From the NCBI GenBank assembly GCA_965199825.1, contig OZ241329.1, positions 928,001 through 992,000 of the forward strand: a DNA stretch of 64,000 nt. The letters are read 5' to 3'. The notes under the pieces are model-generated. The model was not told the origin of the DNA, did not search any database, and saw nothing but the letters and a program-made list of their open reading frames with translations. Positions 33,081 to 43,475 of this stretch are shown piece by piece. The translations under genes were made by a program, and so were the position numbers. Each line of letters starts with the position of its first letter. Within the stretch, counting starts at the first letter, position 1. Source of the stretch: Bdellovibrionales bacterium (GTDB lineage: Bacteria; Bdellovibrionota; Bdellovibrionia; Bdellovibrionales; UBA1609).

Positions 33081-33628
33081 GGAACCACCTGAATCTTGCC
33101 TGAAAATTCGTTTTGCAAACGCTGCCGATCTTTTTCTTCAACTTCATTTTTTAATTTTGATGTGGCCGCTTCAACAGCAACATTTAGAAGTTCCCGGCGC
33201 AGTTGTTTTTTTGCTTTGTCGATTTCAAGCTCTGCCGCAAACTGAGCTTCTTGTGTTAACCGCTCGGAAAATAATTTAGCTTCACTCATCAATTTTTGTT
33301 TCAATTGCTCGGCCTCTTGCTGGGCATCGTTCTGCGATTGCTGTGCGCCGTTTTCTAATCTTTTAAGGCGCGCTTCAATTTCATTTTTTTGGGCTTGGGC
33401 CTCAGAACGCGCAGCTTCGGCTCGGCCAACGAGTTCGCGATAAGATGATGCTCGCTGTTTAAAGTAAGCACGAGTTTTATCTTTCAAAAAATAAACCAAA
33501 AGTCCAATCAGAACCAAAAAGTTTCCGGCTTGAACAAGGATCAATTTATATGGAATCCCATGCTCAACAGCTGCATGAGCGGATTCGTTTGCAAAACTGG
33601 ATTGAATCAAGAGATTCAAAAAAATCAT
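33077..33628 (-). CDS. atpF: ATP synthase F0 subunit b
   Basis: QAGNFLVLIGLLVYF TM plus a long coiled coil; operon position. Confidence 0.9.
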   Translation of the reverse strand: MIFLNLLIQSSFANESAHAAVEHGIPYKLILVQAGNFLVLIGLLVYFLKDKTRAYFKQRASSYRELVGRAEAARSEAQAQKNEIEARLKRLENGAQQSQNDAQQEAEQLKQKLMSEAKLFSERLTQEAQFAAELEIDKAKKQLRRELLNVAVEAATSKLKNEVEEKDRQRLQNEFSGKIQVVP

Positions 33629-34071
33629 ACGGCCAAATCCTTACCCAACAATTTTGCAACAATCGATTGGCTAATCACTTGGACTTCATTTTTAATCTGC
33701 GGTTGCACGCGTGCCATTTCGACTTTGATTTTTTCGAGAGTGTTGTCATTTTGAATTTTGGCTTTTGAGCGCGCATCATCAACGATTGTTTGATATTCCA
33801 CTTGTGCCGACTTTCGAGCAGTTTCAAAAAATTCTTTTGAAATTAGATTTTGGGCACGGGCTTTTTCTTGGTAACGTTGCTCAAGATTTTTTGCATCGCT
33901 CAACAGTTTTTCAGCAACATCGGTATTGCCCACGGTACGACGGGTTCGCTCGACAAACGCATTGTAATAGGGCGTAAATACCATTCGCGAAAGTACAAAA
34001 TAAACACAAATGAAAATGATAAATTGCAGGCCAACCGTTTCATTAACGCCCAGAGAAGCCAGTAATTCCAT
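33625..34071 (-). CDS. ATP synthase F0 subunit b'
   Basis: QFIIFI..YFVL..VFTPY.....ER, coiled coil; precedes atpF. Confidence 0.88.
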   Translation of the reverse strand: MELLASLGVNETVGLQFIIFICVYFVLSRMVFTPYYNAFVERTRRTVGNTDVAEKLLSDAKNLEQRYQEKARAQNLISKEFFETARKSAQVEYQTIVDDARSKAKIQNDNTLEKIKVEMARVQPQIKNEVQVISQSIVAKLLGKDLAV

Positions 34072-34140
34072 GAGATCAAATCCTTAAATGTGAGCCGGTG
34101 TTGTGAGCAGTTACCTTGAGATGTCAGAAGTGGTCAAGCT

Positions 34141-34515
34141 TTAGCTCTTTGGCATATAGGAGGCACCTTCGAACACAACACCTTCGTCGATGCGCAAACT
34201 TGGTGTTGTCACGGTCCCTTGAAAAACCGCTGGTGGATGCATCAGCACTCGACGGCGAGCAAAAATATTCCCCTTAACAGTCCCGCTGATAATCACAGTG
34301 TCGGCTTCAATTTGGGCTTCGACAAATGCACCCGGATTTACCACCAATGTGTCGTTGGTAAAAATCTCGCCCCGAAATTGGCCGCCGATGCGGACTGTGC
34401 CTTCAAAAGTCAGCCTCCCATCAAAGGCTGCGCCCATATCTAATAGTGCGGTAACCTGATTCTGCAAGCCGTTGCCCGCACTCTCGATTAAATTTAAACT
34501 TTCGGCTTCTGCCAT
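34141..34515 (-). CDS. Bactofilin (polymer-forming cytoskeletal protein)
   Basis: GAAFDGRLTFEGTVRIGG...VIISGTVKGNI...LRIDEGVVFEG beta-helix repeats. Confidence 0.93.
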   Translation of the reverse strand: MAEAESLNLIESAGNGLQNQVTALLDMGAAFDGRLTFEGTVRIGGQFRGEIFTNDTLVVNPGAFVEAQIEADTVIISGTVKGNIFARRRVLMHPPAVFQGTVTTPSLRIDEGVVFEGASYMPKS

Positions 34516-35432
34516 GATCGCCTCATTCGGTCGGTGATTTCGTTCAACTCGTCATCAGAATAAAAATGCAAAGAGACTCGTCCCTTACCCAAAATGTAAT
34601 CAATGGTGACCTTAGATCCTACAATTTTCTGAAGCTCTTCATTTAAAACTTTAATCGACTGGGCCACAGGTTTGGATTCTTGCTGAGTATCTGGACTTAA
34701 ATGTTTCGCAATTAATTTTTCGGCTGCACGAACCGAAAGTTTTTCGCGAATAATCTTTTGGGCCAGATTTTTTTGAGCCACCACATCGGTCACTCCTAAG
34801 AGGACCTTGGCTTGACCCAGCGAAAGTTCACCCGTGCCGACCCACTCGCGCACATCTGGGCTCAATTGCAAAATACGAAGTGTGTTTGCAATGGTCACTC
34901 GCTCTTTGCCCACTTTTTCGCTCAATTGCTGTTGGGTTAGACTGTATGTTTCCAACAGATGAGAATAAGCGAGAGCTTCCTCCAGCGGATTTAAATCTTG
35001 GCGTTGAATATTTTCGATTAGCGCCAGCTCAAGTGATTTTTGATCGCCAATATTTTGCAAAATAACCGGAACTTCATGAAGACCCGCGATCTGTGCGGCT
35101 CGCCAGCGTCGTTCGCCCGCAATAATTTCGAAATTTTGGGTGCCTTTGCGTCGCGCAACGATGGGCTGAAGTATTCCTTGAGCCTTGATTGATGCGGCCA
35201 ATTCGTTCAGTGTATCGCTCTTAAAAACTTTGCGTGGCTGATTGGGTTGAGGTGACAATTTATCAATCGAGATTTGCCAAATCCGTGCAGTTTCGGGAAT
35301 TTGTGGTGTCGTAATAGAAGGCTTTGTTACAACTGTTGTAGCGTTTGTGCTGGTTGCCGATTGACCTAAGAGGCTACCTAGCCCACGACCGAGCGAATGC
35401 TTGCGAATATGCTTTTCGGGAGCCTCAGACAT
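34494..35432 (-). CDS. parB: Chromosome partitioning protein ParB
   Basis: LGRGLGSLL ParA-binding peptide, QPRK.F, GERRWRA, ENIQRQDLNPLEEA; start at MSEAP. Confidence 0.97.
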   Translation of the reverse strand: MSEAPEKHIRKHSLGRGLGSLLGQSATSTNATTVVTKPSITTPQIPETARIWQISIDKLSPQPNQPRKVFKSDTLNELAASIKAQGILQPIVARRKGTQNFEIIAGERRWRAAQIAGLHEVPVILQNIGDQKSLELALIENIQRQDLNPLEEALAYSHLLETYSLTQQQLSEKVGKERVTIANTLRILQLSPDVREWVGTGELSLGQAKVLLGVTDVVAQKNLAQKIIREKLSVRAAEKLIAKHLSPDTQQESKPVAQSIKVLNEELQKIVGSKVTIDYILGKGRVSLHFYSDDELNEITDRMRRSWQKPKV

Positions 35433-36333
35433 GGATATCCCCATTCTCAGGCTGAGCTGGAGTTGGATAGTCACCTGAGTAGTCACTTGGATAGTCATGA
35501 CTATCCACTTGAGTGGTCACGGGAGCTTCATCATGAGTAGTCACACCAAAAAGTTTTTCGTCCAATTCAGATGCGAGCTCACGGTATTTTCGAGCTCCCA
35601 CCGATTTGGGATCATATTGAATAATCGAGAGGCCGTGACTAGGCGCCTCGCTTAAGCGAACATTCCGTGGAACAATCGCTTTAAAAACTTTGTCGCCAAA
35701 ATGCTCTTGAATTTCGGAAACCACCTGATGACTCAAATTATTTCGAGTATCAAACATGGTTAAAACGATGCCTTCAATTAAAAGATCAGGATTTAAACCT
35801 TTGCGGATGAGACCCGCTGTATTTAAAAGCTGACTCAGTCCTTCTAACGCAAAGTACTCGCACTGTAGGGGAACCAAAAAACTATTTGCAGCAGTTAGCG
35901 AGTTCACTGTGAGCAATCCCAACGATGGAGGACAATCGATGAGAACAAAATCATATTGATCGGCAATGGAGTGTAATGCGCCTTTCAGGCGATATTCTCT
36001 TTCGGGCATGTCGACCAAATCAATCTCTGCTCCTACTAAATCTGGATTTGCCGCAATCACGTCAAGATGCTCAACCGCAGAAGGTGAAATCACTTCTTGA
36101 ATGGGTGTTTCGCCAATTAGAACGGGATAAATGTTTTTGTCTTGATGCTCATGACGCTTCATCCCAAGGCCACTTGACGCGTTGCCCTGAGGATCCATAT
36201 CCACAAGCAAAACTCGTCGTCCTCGCTCCGCCAATGCCGATGCCAGATTCACAGTTGTGGTTGTTTTGCCAACCCCACCCTTTTGGTTTGCGATACAAAT
36301 AATTCGGCCCAAGTTGTTGCTCCTGTTGTTCAT
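35425..36333 (-). CDS. parA: Chromosome partitioning ATPase ParA/Soj with C-terminal low-complexity tail
   Basis: NQKGGVGKTT, DMDPQGNAS, DCPPSLG, PRNVRLSEAPSHG. Confidence 0.98.
   Translation of the reverse strand: MNNRSNNLGRIICIANQKGGVGKTTTTVNLASALAERGRRVLLVDMDPQGNASSGLGMKRHEHQDKNIYPVLIGETPIQEVISPSAVEHLDVIAANPDLVGAEIDLVDMPEREYRLKGALHSIADQYDFVLIDCPPSLGLLTVNSLTAANSFLVPLQCEYFALEGLSQLLNTAGLIRKGLNPDLLIEGIVLTMFDTRNNLSHQVVSEIQEHFGDKVFKAIVPRNVRLSEAPSHGLSIIQYDPKSVGARKYRELASELDEKLFGVTTHDEAPVTTQVDSHDYPSDYSGDYPTPAQPENGDIHV
35464..35543. promoter_or_regulatory. Cluster B of TGRRTAGTCA motif, inside the parA 3' end and upstream of parB
   Basis: Exact copies start at 35464, 35476, 35488, 35498 (inverted) and 35534; 1-mismatch copy at 35510. 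Confidence 0.75.
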
Positions 36334-36354
36334 TTTTATTCCGAAGCTGCCGAT

Positions 36355-36370
36355 TGTTCCACGTGGAACA
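36355..36370. promoter_or_regulatory. parS: parS centromere site
   Basis: Perfect palindrome TGTTCCACGTGGAACA just upstream of parA. Confidence 0.95.
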
Positions 36371-36386
36371 TTGGAAATCTAGACAA

Positions 36387-36890
36387 ATGAAAATCCTTTT
36401 TGCACTGCTCGCCGCTTTTTTAATGAGCGCATGTCAGCGTCGCGAAGCTCAGCCCGAAATGCTCGACAAGATCTATTCCGATCTCAAGGTCACTTTAGCT
36501 GAGGAAGAAAAAGCGGCAGAAGAGGAAAAGAAAAAAATAGAAGAGTCAGAAAAGAAATTTGAACAGTACGAGCCCAACACACTCGAACTCAAACAAGTTC
36601 GAAAAGCAAATTTGGCTGCAAAAGAGTCTTATCAAAAGCATGCTCAGATGGTGGAATTCTATAAAATTAGGGTTGAGAAGCGGCGCCTCGAAGACCGCGT
36701 GACCTATGAACTTGCTTTTCAAAAGAAAGAAGCCTGGCCCGATCCTTCAGAGTACGAAGGTTATCTCCAAAACAAAAAATTGAGGAATGCCGGATTAGAT
36801 TGGAAGGCTCGCGTGCCCTCCATCACAGATAGATACTCAAAAAATCCAGCTCCAGTTAAAAAAACCGAGAAAAAGGCTGAAGCTGAATAG
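36387..36890 (+). CDS. Hypothetical coiled-coil lipoprotein
   Basis: MKILFALLAAFLMSAC lipobox, E/K-rich helices. Confidence 0.8.
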   Translation: MKILFALLAAFLMSACQRREAQPEMLDKIYSDLKVTLAEEEKAAEEEKKKIEESEKKFEQYEPNTLELKQVRKANLAAKESYQKHAQMVEFYKIRVEKRRLEDRVTYELAFQKKEAWPDPSEYEGYLQNKKLRNAGLDWKARVPSITDRYSKNPAPVKKTEKKAEAE

Positions 36891-36952
36891 TCATGACTAT
36901 TCACTGACTACTCAAATTGTTCCACGTGGAACAATTTGGCGTTGAGTAGTCA
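36884..36952. promoter_or_regulatory. Cluster C of TGRRTAGTCA motif, bracketing parS
   Basis: Exact copies at 36884-36893, 36894-36903, 36905-36914, 36943-36952. Confidence 0.75.
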
Positions 36953-37550
36953 CAATGGTGCGACGAATTTTTGAGGCTGGCAGCTCATATTCACCCAAAA
37001 CATCGGTTTTCCAATGGCGAAAGAGCTGGGGCGGCAGATCTGCGGCCTCTTTCGACCACGCCTCGCCCTTCATATGATAAAACATCGCATCTGAAGCAAA
37101 AACCTTCCCCCCGAGGAGCAAAGATTTTGTTAGAGATGCAAATCCGCGCGACACCACGGTGTGCACACTCTGACTTGGCAATTGATCTACAGTCAGACAT
37201 TCAACCTTTACATTGGTGAGCTCGAGCTTTCGACTCGCATACATCATATACTCCGCCTTGCGCTGATCTTTATCGACCAAAACAAATTCCGATTGGGGGC
37301 TCAGTATGGCCATCACCAAACCCGGAAACCCATTGCCCGCCCCAAAATCAAAAATCGAATGCGAATTCGAGATTGAATTCTGGATGATGAACCACGCAAG
37401 GATGGAGTCGGCAAAATGAGTCTCGTCGGCAGTCTCGATGGTTTGAGCCGAAACAAGATTGAGGGTCGAATTAAACCTTAAAAGCTGCTCACGGAGTTCG
37501 CCAAATTTTTTGAGTTCAACCGCAGGAAACCATTCTTTAAGACGCCACAT
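36912..37550 (-). CDS. rsmG: 16S rRNA m7G527 methyltransferase
   Basis: FNSTLNLVS, HFADS, DFGAGNGFPGL, SRGFA; follows mnmG. Confidence 0.93.
   Translation of the reverse strand: MWRLKEWFPAVELKKFGELREQLLRFNSTLNLVSAQTIETADETHFADSILAWFIIQNSISNSHSIFDFGAGNGFPGLVMAILSPQSEFVLVDKDQRKAEYMMYASRKLELTNVKVECLTVDQLPSQSVHTVVSRGFASLTKSLLLGGKVFASDAMFYHMKGEAWSKEAADLPPQLFRHWKTDVLGEYELPASKIRRTIVTTQRQIVPRGTI
36918..36933. promoter_or_regulatory. parS: parS centromere site within the rsmG 3' end
   Basis: Perfect TGTTCCACGTGGAACA; palindrome extends to CAAAT...ATTTG (36913-36938). Confidence 0.95.
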
Positions 37551-37553
37551 ACC

Positions 37554-39437
37554 CTAAACCCGCGCGAGACTGGTTCGCCGGCGCTGCTCACCAATAAAGT
37601 GAACCATCAAGGACTGAATCGCCGAGGGATTCACACCGCTAATTCGCTGGGCCTGGCCCAAAGTCCGAGGCTGAATGCGTTCGAGCTTTTCGACCTCTTC
37701 GGTCGAAAGGCCACGGACAACCTTATAGGTAAAAGCATCTGGAATCGGCATATTTTCAAGCTGTCGGGCTTGGGCAATCATATCTTTTTGGCGTCTGATA
37801 TAACCCTCATACTTGATTCCAATCTCCACAGGTTCTCCTATCCACATAGGATCCACCACTTCAATTCCAAAATCACCCAGCGCTTCGATCCCCACCTCTT
37901 CCCGACGCAACAGTTCTTCGGCTGTGGTCGGCTTAACGATCCCCACTGTGCCTAAACTTTTAAGTTTGGCATTGGTGGAATCATTTGGAACAAGTTGGGT
38001 AGATTTAAGTTTTTGGACCAAGTTATCTTGCTCACTGAGAATCTGATTCATCACCACAGCTCGAGCTTCAGAGACCAAACACTGATCAATTGAAACTTGT
38101 CCTAAACGGTTCAAAGTATTGTCTTCTCTTAAAACTAAACGATGTTCTGCACGTGAGGTCATCATTCGATAAGGCTCTTTTGTGCCTTTGGTGACGAGGT
38201 CATCAATCATCACCCCAATGTAAGCCTCGTCTCTACGCAAAATAAAAGGATCACGTTCTACAATTTGATTTGCCGCATTGATTCCGGCAATAAGACCTTG
38301 AGCCGCAGCCTCTTCGTAACCACTTGTACCATTAATTTGGCCCGCCAAAAATAAACCGGGCACTGTTTTAGTTTCAAGAGTGGCGTGCAGCTGGGTCGGT
38401 TCCATAAAATCATATTCAACCGCATATCCAGGGCGAAGGATCTCAACATTTTCGAGTCCTTCGATCGTGCGCAAAAACTGATACTGAACTTCTTCGGGTA
38501 AGCTTGTCGAAATTCCCTGAAGATAGATCGACTCATCATTGAGTCCTTCGGGTTCTAAAAACGTTTGATGACGATCTTTATCACTAAATCGGGTGATCTT
38601 ATCCTCAACACTTGGGCAGTAGCGCGGGCCTATACCTTCGATCACACCACAAAAAAGCGGCGACTGATGAAGATTGGCGCGAATGATGTCGTGAGTTTGT
38701 GGATTTGTGTATGTGAGATAACATGCAATCTGTTCCAATTTTGGAGCCCGTTGACTCTCGAAGCTAAAAGGAAAAAATAAATCATCGCCCCATTGCGGCT
38801 GAGTTTTTGAAAAATCAATCGTCGAACGTTTTAATCTTGGAGGTGTTCCGGTTTTTAATCGGGTGACCGAAAATCCCAAATCTTTAAGTTGTTTTGAAAG
38901 TCCGAGAGTGGCTTTATCACCCACCCGACCCCCTGCAATTTGCTTCAAACCAATATGCATCACACCATTCATAAATGTCCCGGTGGTGACAATCACAGTG
39001 CGCGCTCGAATGGCGGTTCCATCCACAGTTCGTGCACCCACGCAGCGATGATCTTCGATCATCAACGAATCAATTTCGGCCTCAATAATTTCTACCGAAT
39101 TTTTTAAGAGCTCACCCATGCCCTCACAATAAAGATTTTTATCGCACTGAGCTCTGGAGCCTCGGACCGCTGGGCCTTTGCGCGAATTGAGGCGCTTAAA
39201 CAGAATACAAGTTTCATCCGCCATCTTGCCCATCGCGCCGCCGAGGATATCAATTTCGCGCACCATATGACCCTTGGCCAATCCACCAATCGAAGGATTG
39301 CAACTCATGTAGCCCACACGTTTTAGGTGGGATGTGGCAACCGCGACTTTGAGTCCCCTCCTTGATCCGACCAAGGCGGCTTCGATACCCGCATGTCCTG
39401 CACCAACAACTAATATATCAAATATTTGATTCATCAT
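37554..39437 (-). CDS. mnmG: tRNA uridine-34 modification enzyme MnmG/GidA
   Basis: [47 protein letters not shown]. Confidence 0.98.
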   Translation of the reverse strand: MMNQIFDILVVGAGHAGIEAALVGSRRGLKVAVATSHLKRVGYMSCNPSIGGLAKGHMVREIDILGGAMGKMADETCILFKRLNSRKGPAVRGSRAQCDKNLYCEGMGELLKNSVEIIEAEIDSLMIEDHRCVGARTVDGTAIRARTVIVTTGTFMNGVMHIGLKQIAGGRVGDKATLGLSKQLKDLGFSVTRLKTGTPPRLKRSTIDFSKTQPQWGDDLFFPFSFESQRAPKLEQIACYLTYTNPQTHDIIRANLHQSPLFCGVIEGIGPRYCPSVEDKITRFSDKDRHQTFLEPEGLNDESIYLQGISTSLPEEVQYQFLRTIEGLENVEILRPGYAVEYDFMEPTQLHATLETKTVPGLFLAGQINGTSGYEEAAAQGLIAGINAANQIVERDPFILRRDEAYIGVMIDDLVTKGTKEPYRMMTSRAEHRLVLREDNTLNRLGQVSIDQCLVSEARAVVMNQILSEQDNLVQKLKSTQLVPNDSTNAKLKSLGTVGIVKPTTAEELLRREEVGIEALGDFGIEVVDPMWIGEPVEIGIKYEGYIRRQKDMIAQARQLENMPIPDAFTYKVVRGLSTEEVEKLERIQPRTLGQAQRISGVNPSAIQSLMVHFIGEQRRRTSLARV

Positions 39438-40744
39438 TTTCCTAAACAAAATTCTTTAAAGACACGATCCATAATTTGATCATCAAATTTCTTTCCCAAA
39501 ATTTCGTAAATTGCCAAAAGCGCATCCTGCATTTCAAAGGCGACAAGGTCGGGGCTCTTATGAATCTGTGTTTGCGCCCGCACCAAACTCTCTTTTGCCC
39601 GAGTCAAACATTCCAAATGGCGAGACTGAATCGACACACCCGAAAATTCGCCCACTTTTGTATGAGCCAAATTAAGGAGCTGTTCCAAAATCAGGCTGAT
39701 TCCATCACCTGTTTTTGCGCTGACGTTAAGTCCATCCGAAAATTTCTCGGGTGAACAATCCGACTTGTTGTACACCCGAATTCGAGCCTGAGCCTCTTCA
39801 ATTTCTAAGAGGTCGGGTTGGGTCGCATCAATCACTTCGATCACACAATCCACTTCTCTCAGTTTTTTACGTGTGCGCTCAATGCCTTTGACCTCAACCG
39901 GGTCCACCGATTCACGAAGCCCTGCGGTATCCACAATATTAAAGAGCTGGCCTTTAAAGTAAACACGGCCCTCGACCAAATCTCGAGTGGTCCCTGCATA
40001 TTCACTCACGATAGCCCGGTCTTCTTTGAGTAACGCGTTCAACAGCGAAGACTTGCCCACATTTGGCGGGCCAATCAGTGCCACTTGAAATCCTTCGTTT
40101 AAAATCTGGCCGGTCTTATAGGTTTGGAGAAGTTGATCGATGGCGGATTGAGACCGACTCATTCTTGTTTGTATTGATTCGAGAGTTGCAAACTCAAGTC
40201 CCTCTGCCGAAAAATCAATATTGGCCTCGAGTTGTGCAAGCACCCAGCTCACATCATCTTCAATTTTCAAAATTGATTGCGAAAGCTCCCCTTTAAGCTG
40301 TCTTAATGCCCGCTTTGCACCTTCGTCAGATTGGCTATGAATAAGACCGAGAATTCCTTCGGCCTGCACCAAATCCATACGCCCATTTAAAAAAGCACGC
40401 ATGGTAAACTCACCTGGTTTAGCAAGCTCTGCCCCATTTAAAATTAATTGATCAACAATTCTGCGGGGAACGATCGCACCGCCGTGACTTGAAATTTCGA
40501 CGGTCTCTTCGCCAGTAAACGATTTGTCTTGTGCAAAATAGGTCACCACAACTTGGTCGATTGCCGAGTGAGTGGCGGGATCTTTAAATAATCCAAAAGC
40601 CACGGTGTGGCTTTTCATGTCTGATTTTAAAAATGTGCAGCTTTGTTTTGCGATCTCAAAGGCCTGGGGGCCTGAGAGTCGGGTGACCGAGATCCCGCCT
40701 ATTCCCGTCCCACTACAAATGGCACAAATCGTACGCGGGACCAT
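39434..40744 (-). CDS. mnmE: tRNA modification GTPase MnmE/TrmE
   Basis: [35 protein letters not shown]. Confidence 0.97.
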   Translation of the reverse strand: MVPRTICAICSGTGIGGISVTRLSGPQAFEIAKQSCTFLKSDMKSHTVAFGLFKDPATHSAIDQVVVTYFAQDKSFTGEETVEISSHGGAIVPRRIVDQLILNGAELAKPGEFTMRAFLNGRMDLVQAEGILGLIHSQSDEGAKRALRQLKGELSQSILKIEDDVSWVLAQLEANIDFSAEGLEFATLESIQTRMSRSQSAIDQLLQTYKTGQILNEGFQVALIGPPNVGKSSLLNALLKEDRAIVSEYAGTTRDLVEGRVYFKGQLFNIVDTAGLRESVDPVEVKGIERTRKKLREVDCVIEVIDATQPDLLEIEEAQARIRVYNKSDCSPEKFSDGLNVSAKTGDGISLILEQLLNLAHTKVGEFSGVSIQSRHLECLTRAKESLVRAQTQIHKSPDLVAFEMQDALLAIYEILGKKFDDQIMDRVFKEFCLGK

Positions 40745-40749
40745 AAAAT

Positions 40750-41298
40750 TTAATGAGCTTCGGAAGTTTCGGTCTCGTTGGTAGGACCAGAACTTTTGAC
40801 AGGATAAATTTTAATTTTTTTGTAATGCCCATCACCAATCGATCGGCTTTTTACACGTTCATCTTCGGCCAAGTACTGATGAATCACCTTACGATCTTTG
40901 GGTGGAAGAGCTCTAAAGTAAACTGATTTACCTTTAGCCAAAGCCATCTCGCGCAATTTGTCGGCGAGATCGATAAGAGCAGAGTTGGTCTCCTCACGAA
41001 ATCCACCAACATCAAGTGTGATTTCAATTTTCTCGTCAGACATTTGATGTTGCACCACTCGCTTAACAAAAAGTTGAAGTGAATCTAGCAACTGACCTTC
41101 GCGGGCGCGAAGTAAACCTTCGTCCGCACCTGAGAACTCCACCTTGAGATCATTCGCATCGTGAGAGATTGCATACTGCAAATCAAACTGGCCATACTCA
41201 ATAATCGAAGTTAAAAGACCGTCGACCAAGCCTTCGGGCGTATCTGCTTTGACTTCCTTTTTCTTTGATCCAAATAATCGACTTAAAAATCCCGCCAT
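40750..41298 (-). CDS. jag: Jag/KhpB-like RNA-binding protein (KH + R3H)
   Basis: GQLLDSLQ KH domain, DRKVIHQYL R3H domain; follows yidC. Confidence 0.88.
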   Translation of the reverse strand: MAGFLSRLFGSKKKEVKADTPEGLVDGLLTSIIEYGQFDLQYAISHDANDLKVEFSGADEGLLRAREGQLLDSLQLFVKRVVQHQMSDEKIEITLDVGGFREETNSALIDLADKLREMALAKGKSVYFRALPPKDRKVIHQYLAEDERVKSRSIGDGHYKKIKIYPVKSSGPTNETETSEAH

Positions 41299-41306
41299 TG
41301 TATCTC

Positions 41307-42893
41307 CTACGTGTTAGCCACGCGCTGTTTATCGCGCATAAAATAGAGTTGTTGTGTCACCCCAAAAAGCCCACTGACAAAAATATAAAGAGTGAGGCCG
41401 CTGGGAAGGTTAATCATAAATAAAGAAAATAAAAGGGGCATAAACATCAGCACCTTTTTTTGTGCAGGATCCATTGTATTCGGAGTGATCCGTTGCTGTA
41501 AAAACAATGTTACGCCCATCAAAATAGGCAGCACATAAAATGGATCTTTAAGACTAAGATCTTTAATCCACAATCCAAAAGGGGCTTGATAAAGCTCAAT
41601 GCTCTGGCCCAGCACCTGATACAGCGCCAAGAAAATGGGGAACTGCAGAAGCATGGGCAGACATCCGCCAAGAGGATTCACGCGCTTTGTCTTCATCAAA
41701 TTCATAGTTTCAAGGCTGACGCGTTGTTGATCATTTTTATGTTTCTCGCGAATTTCTTTGATCAGCGGTTGGATGGCCTGCATGCCCTTCATGCTTTTGT
41801 AGGACATCACATTGAATGGCAACACCAGCGCTCGCACAATCAAAGTGAGCAAAATAATGGTAAGTCCCCAATTGCCGACCCAATCATGCAGCACAATCAT
41901 CAACTTCAAAAGATAGTGGGCGATAAAACTAAACATTCCAAAATTAATAATTCCGCCGAGCTCTTCATCAATCCCTTTGAGCAATGTCAGGTTTTTTGGC
42001 CCAATGTAAGCCAAGTACTTCACCTCAAAATCGGAGCTGCGATTTAAAATTGGATACTTGAGTGTTGCGGTGGCCTCTTGCTGAGCGGCTGCCGAATGAA
42101 CCGAAGCATCGGGAAAAGTTTGTGATTTATTTAAAAGAGCTTGGACAAAATATTGCGACCCGAGCGACACCAGCGAGCTTTTTGGGTAGTCTCCCGAAGT
42201 GTCTTTATCCACTGCCAATTGCAAACGCTGAGAATTTGAATCCGACACAAGATAAAATTCATTGTGATCAGTGGCCGGAAGCAAAAAACTTTTCTTCTGA
42301 ACGTTTGGAACCCGATCATTAAAAGTGACAGTAAATCCACGAAAATTTTCTTTTGGATTTATGGCCACAACCTCGGTCCGAATCAGATATTTGTCGGGCT
42401 CGATCGTCATTGTTTTTTGAATATGTGAACCGTTGATTTCGGCCGTTCCACGAAAACTGTTTACATCTAATTGTTTGACCGAAAATGGAATTGCTTTTGA
42501 TCCATCAACCACACCAGTTTCAAACGTCGTATTGTCGCGGCTGGCACCCATCTGTTTGATTGAGCCGTCGCGAGCTTGATACTGGGTCAGTTGAACATTC
42601 TTAATTCCCATCCCTTGCGAGGAAACTTCAAAATTTAAAGTGGGGCTGACATAAGCGATGATTGATTCAGGTTGAGCCTCATTTGTTTTATCAATCGATG
42701 CGGATGAAGTTGGAACACTTAGGGTGGATGTCGCAGGTACATTCGCCGCAGGAGCGGTCTGCACCACCGCAGGTGCTTCTACTGGTTTTGGATATTTTTG
42801 TTGTAAATGCATCTGCCAACCAAACCAACTTACTCCCACGAGGACAATTGCAAGAATGGTTTTGGTGTCTAAAAAATTTTGGTTATCATTCAC
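41307..42893 (-). CDS. yidC: Membrane protein insertase YidC
   Basis: NWGLTIILLT, NPLGGCLPMLLQFPIF, WIKDLS.KDP, PSGLTLY. Confidence 0.97.
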   Translation of the reverse strand: MNDNQNFLDTKTILAIVLVGVSWFGWQMHLQQKYPKPVEAPAVVQTAPAANVPATSTLSVPTSSASIDKTNEAQPESIIAYVSPTLNFEVSSQGMGIKNVQLTQYQARDGSIKQMGASRDNTTFETGVVDGSKAIPFSVKQLDVNSFRGTAEINGSHIQKTMTIEPDKYLIRTEVVAINPKENFRGFTVTFNDRVPNVQKKSFLLPATDHNEFYLVSDSNSQRLQLAVDKDTSGDYPKSSLVSLGSQYFVQALLNKSQTFPDASVHSAAAQQEATATLKYPILNRSSDFEVKYLAYIGPKNLTLLKGIDEELGGIINFGMFSFIAHYLLKLMIVLHDWVGNWGLTIILLTLIVRALVLPFNVMSYKSMKGMQAIQPLIKEIREKHKNDQQRVSLETMNLMKTKRVNPLGGCLPMLLQFPIFLALYQVLGQSIELYQAPFGLWIKDLSLKDPFYVLPILMGVTLFLQQRITPNTMDPAQKKVLMFMPLLFSLFMINLPSGLTLYIFVSGLFGVTQQLYFMRDKQRVANT

Positions 42894-43144
42894 TTTTGAA
42901 CTTCTTTGTTAAATGGAATCGCATCGTCGCCATAAGGCCCAAAGGGACGACACTTCAATAGTCTTTTAAAAACAAGATGAAACGCGGTAAAAAAAGGAAA
43001 TCTCTCAAAACAGCCTTGAGCATAGACCGAACACGAAGGATAAAACCGACAACAATGACTGCCGAAAAAGATTGAAAGCCCACCGCGATAAAGACTGACT
43101 AAGATAAAACTAATTTGGCTGAGCAATTTTTCGCAGCCCTTCAC
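42890..43144 (-). CDS. yidD: Membrane protein insertion efficiency factor YidD
   Basis: CRFYPSCSVYA, RLLKCRPFG..G.D; start inferred (GTG). Confidence 0.9.
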   Translation of the reverse strand: MKGCEKLLSQISFILVSLYRGGLSIFFGSHCCRFYPSCSVYAQGCFERFPFFTAFHLVFKRLLKCRPFGPYGDDAIPFNKEVQK

Positions 43145-43475
43145 TAAGTGCTTTGTCAAAGGATGAATGCTCGAGTGCTTTGTAGAACTCACGATCTTTT
43201 TTGAGAAAAACCACATTGATGTCACAGCTAAAAGACGTGTTTTGAGTTTTGGCCAGGGCCTTAAAAAATTCGCGTCCCCACCGACGAACTCGGTTTCTGA
43301 CCACTGCGATCCCCACATATTTAGGGATGGTAAATCCATATCTGAGAGAATTTTTGTCATTATAGTTATAACTAAATAGCATCCAGTGAGTGACACGCAG
43401 GCGCCGGCCTGTTTCACGAAGGCGTTCGAATTCCTTCGTCGACTTAAGCACCTGAAATGACTTATTACTTTCCAC
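43110..43475 (-). CDS. rnpA: Ribonuclease P protein component
   Basis: [26 protein letters not shown]; start inferred (GTG). Confidence 0.93.
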   Translation of the reverse strand: MESNKSFQVLKSTKEFERLRETGRRLRVTHWMLFSYNYNDKNSLRYGFTIPKYVGIAVVRNRVRRWGREFFKALAKTQNTSFSCDINVVFLKKDREFYKALEHSSFDKALSEGLRKIAQPN

